From NCBI GenBank assembly GCA_902556855.1, contig CACDXJ010000003.1:5643-69642 (forward strand): 64,000 nucleotides of DNA, read 5' to 3'. This stretch comes from an uncultured Pelagibacteraceae bacterium (GTDB taxonomy: Bacteria; Pseudomonadota; Alphaproteobacteria; Pelagibacterales; Pelagibacteraceae). Both the position numbers and the translations under genes were made by a program. Below are positions 62,809 through 64,000 of this stretch, in pieces (positions within the stretch are counted from its first letter, which is position 1; each line of letters opens with the position of its first letter). A model generated the notes under the pieces. The model made no database searches and was not told the DNA's origin. It saw nothing but the letters and a program-made list of their open reading frames with translations.

Positions 62809-64000
62809 CTATAAATGTTGGAGGAGGTGAGTTGAGAGAGTTAAAACCTAGAATATTAGTAATTGGAGTTGGAGGCGCTGGAGGAAATGCTATAAATGCA
62901 ATGATCGAAGCAGGCATGCAGGGAGTTGAATTTGTTGCAGTCAACACTGATGCGCAAGATCTAAAAATGAGTAAGGCTGATGCAAAAATACAAATAGGAA
63001 TGAACTTAACAAAAGGCCTAGGAGCTGGAGCTAAACATGATATTGGTCAGGCAGCGGCTGATGAGTCAATTAATGAAATAGTTAATTATATTCAAGGAAG
63101 TAATATGGTCTTTATTGCATCAGGTATGGGAGGCGGAACAGGCACAGGCGCATCACACGTTATCGCCAAAGCTGCAAGAGATATGAATATTTTAACTGTA
63201 GGTGTTACAACTTTACCTTTTTCTTATGAAGGACCTAAAAGGATGAGACGAGCAGTTGCAGGATTAGAAGAACTTAAAAAACATTTAGATACAACTATTG
63301 TAGTACCAAATCAAAATCTTTTTAAAATAGCAAATGAGTCCACAGGTTTCGAAGAGTCATTTAGTTTATCAAATGACGTGTTAAAACATGGAGTTCAGAG
63401 TATTACTGATTTAATGGTAAGACCGGGAATGATAAATCTAGATTTTGCAGATGTTGAAACAGTAATGAGTTCCAGTGGTAAAGCTATGATGGGAACTGGT
63501 GAAGCAGATGGTGATAACCGAGCGATGGCTGCAACAGAATTAGCTTTGAACAACCCACTCATCGATGAGTACACTTTACAAGGAGCAAAAGGATTATTAA
63601 TTAATATTACAGGTGGTAGTGATTTAACTCTTTTCGAAGTTGATGCAGCAGTAAATAAAATTAGAGCTGAAGTTGATCCAGAAGCAGAGTTAATTTTTGG
63701 TGCAATAAAAGATGAAGATATGAATGGTAAAATAAGAGTATCAATAGTAGCTACTTCTTTAAAGGGTTCTATGAATCTTTATGAATCAAAACCAATTTTT
63801 AATGTTGTTAACGGTACAAGTTCTAAGAACAACAGTTTCCCAGATAATTTATTCGCAAAAAATAACGTAGATCAAAACGTTGTAAGTTCTATAAGTGGCG
63901 CAAACGCATTAAAACTTGATGAAAGTTACGAAATAAAAAATAGCGAAGAACAAAATGCTCTTATTGAAAGCTTTGAAAGTAATGAGGAGAACAAAATAGC
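62805..64000 (+). CDS. ftsZ: cell division protein FtsZ (3' end outside window; absent from ORF track)
   Basis: Hand translation MTINVGGGELRELKPRILVIGVGGAGGNAIN..., NTDAQ, GLGAG, GMGGGTGTGA, PNQNL, GMINLDFADV T7 loop; AAAGGGGAG Shine-Dalgarno; ATGA overlap with mraZ stop. Confidence 0.96.
   Translation, partial: MTINVGGGELRELKPRILVIGVGGAGGNAINAMIEAGMQGVEFVAVNTDAQDLKMSKADAKIQIGMNLTKGLGAGAKHDIGQAAADESINEIVNYIQGSNMVFIASGMGGGTGTGASHVIAKAARDMNILTVGVTTLPFSYEGPKRMRRAVAGLEELKKHLDTTIVVPNQNLFKIANESTGFEESFSLSNDVLKHGVQSITDLMVRPGMINLDFADVETVMSSSGKAMMGTGEADGDNRAMAATELALNNPLIDEYTLQGAKGLLINITGGSDLTLFEVDAAVNKIRAEVDPEAELIFGAIKDEDMNGKIRVSIVATSLKGSMNLYESKPIFNVVNGTSSKNNSFPDNLFAKNNVDQNVVSSISGANALKLDESYEIKNSEEQNALIESFESNEENKI

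Noticed and set aside
62765-62947. 60-aa minus-strand ORF
   Set aside because: Antisense shadow of ftsZ.
1-64000. CRISPR arrays, IS elements, rRNA genes, riboswitches
   Set aside because: None seen; intergenic spaces other than rnpB and the tRNAs are short and showed no such structure on reading by eye.

Overview
Very AT-rich, gene-dense core-chromosome segment of a streamlined marine alphaproteobacterium. Gene content, order and compactness are most consistent with Pelagibacterales/SAR11 (inference). It holds the end of the aa3-type cytochrome c oxidase operon, a long minus-strand run (dciA-dsbA-smc-ATP synthase F0-crtIBY-blh-ispH-thrB-rnhA), mutY, ccrM, rnhB, udg, ispE, tRNA-Gln, cca, petABC, the lgt-pgeF-prs-rplY-pth-ychF block, a MarR/OmpR/EnvZ-like trio, uvrB/uvrC, trxB, carAB, dnaG-rpoD, an orphan radical SAM gene, tRNA-Ile2(CAT), mlaA/mlaC, an amidase, RNase P RNA, mraZ and an ftsZ that runs off the window end. 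I saw no mobile elements, CRISPR arrays or clear pseudogenes. The most unusual observations are (1) ftsZ translationally coupled directly to mraZ with none of the usual dcw genes between them, behind three 10-bp-periodic MraZ-type boxes; (2) an 814-aa SMC with intact heads but no recognisable hinge or zinc hook; (3) four GANTC sites in two inverted repeats upstream of ccrM; (4) loss of canonical metal or lesion-recognition residues in UDG, DnaG and MutY; (5) an uncalled 37-aa membrane ORF in the cox operon. All family assignments come from reading motifs by eye; no searches were run.
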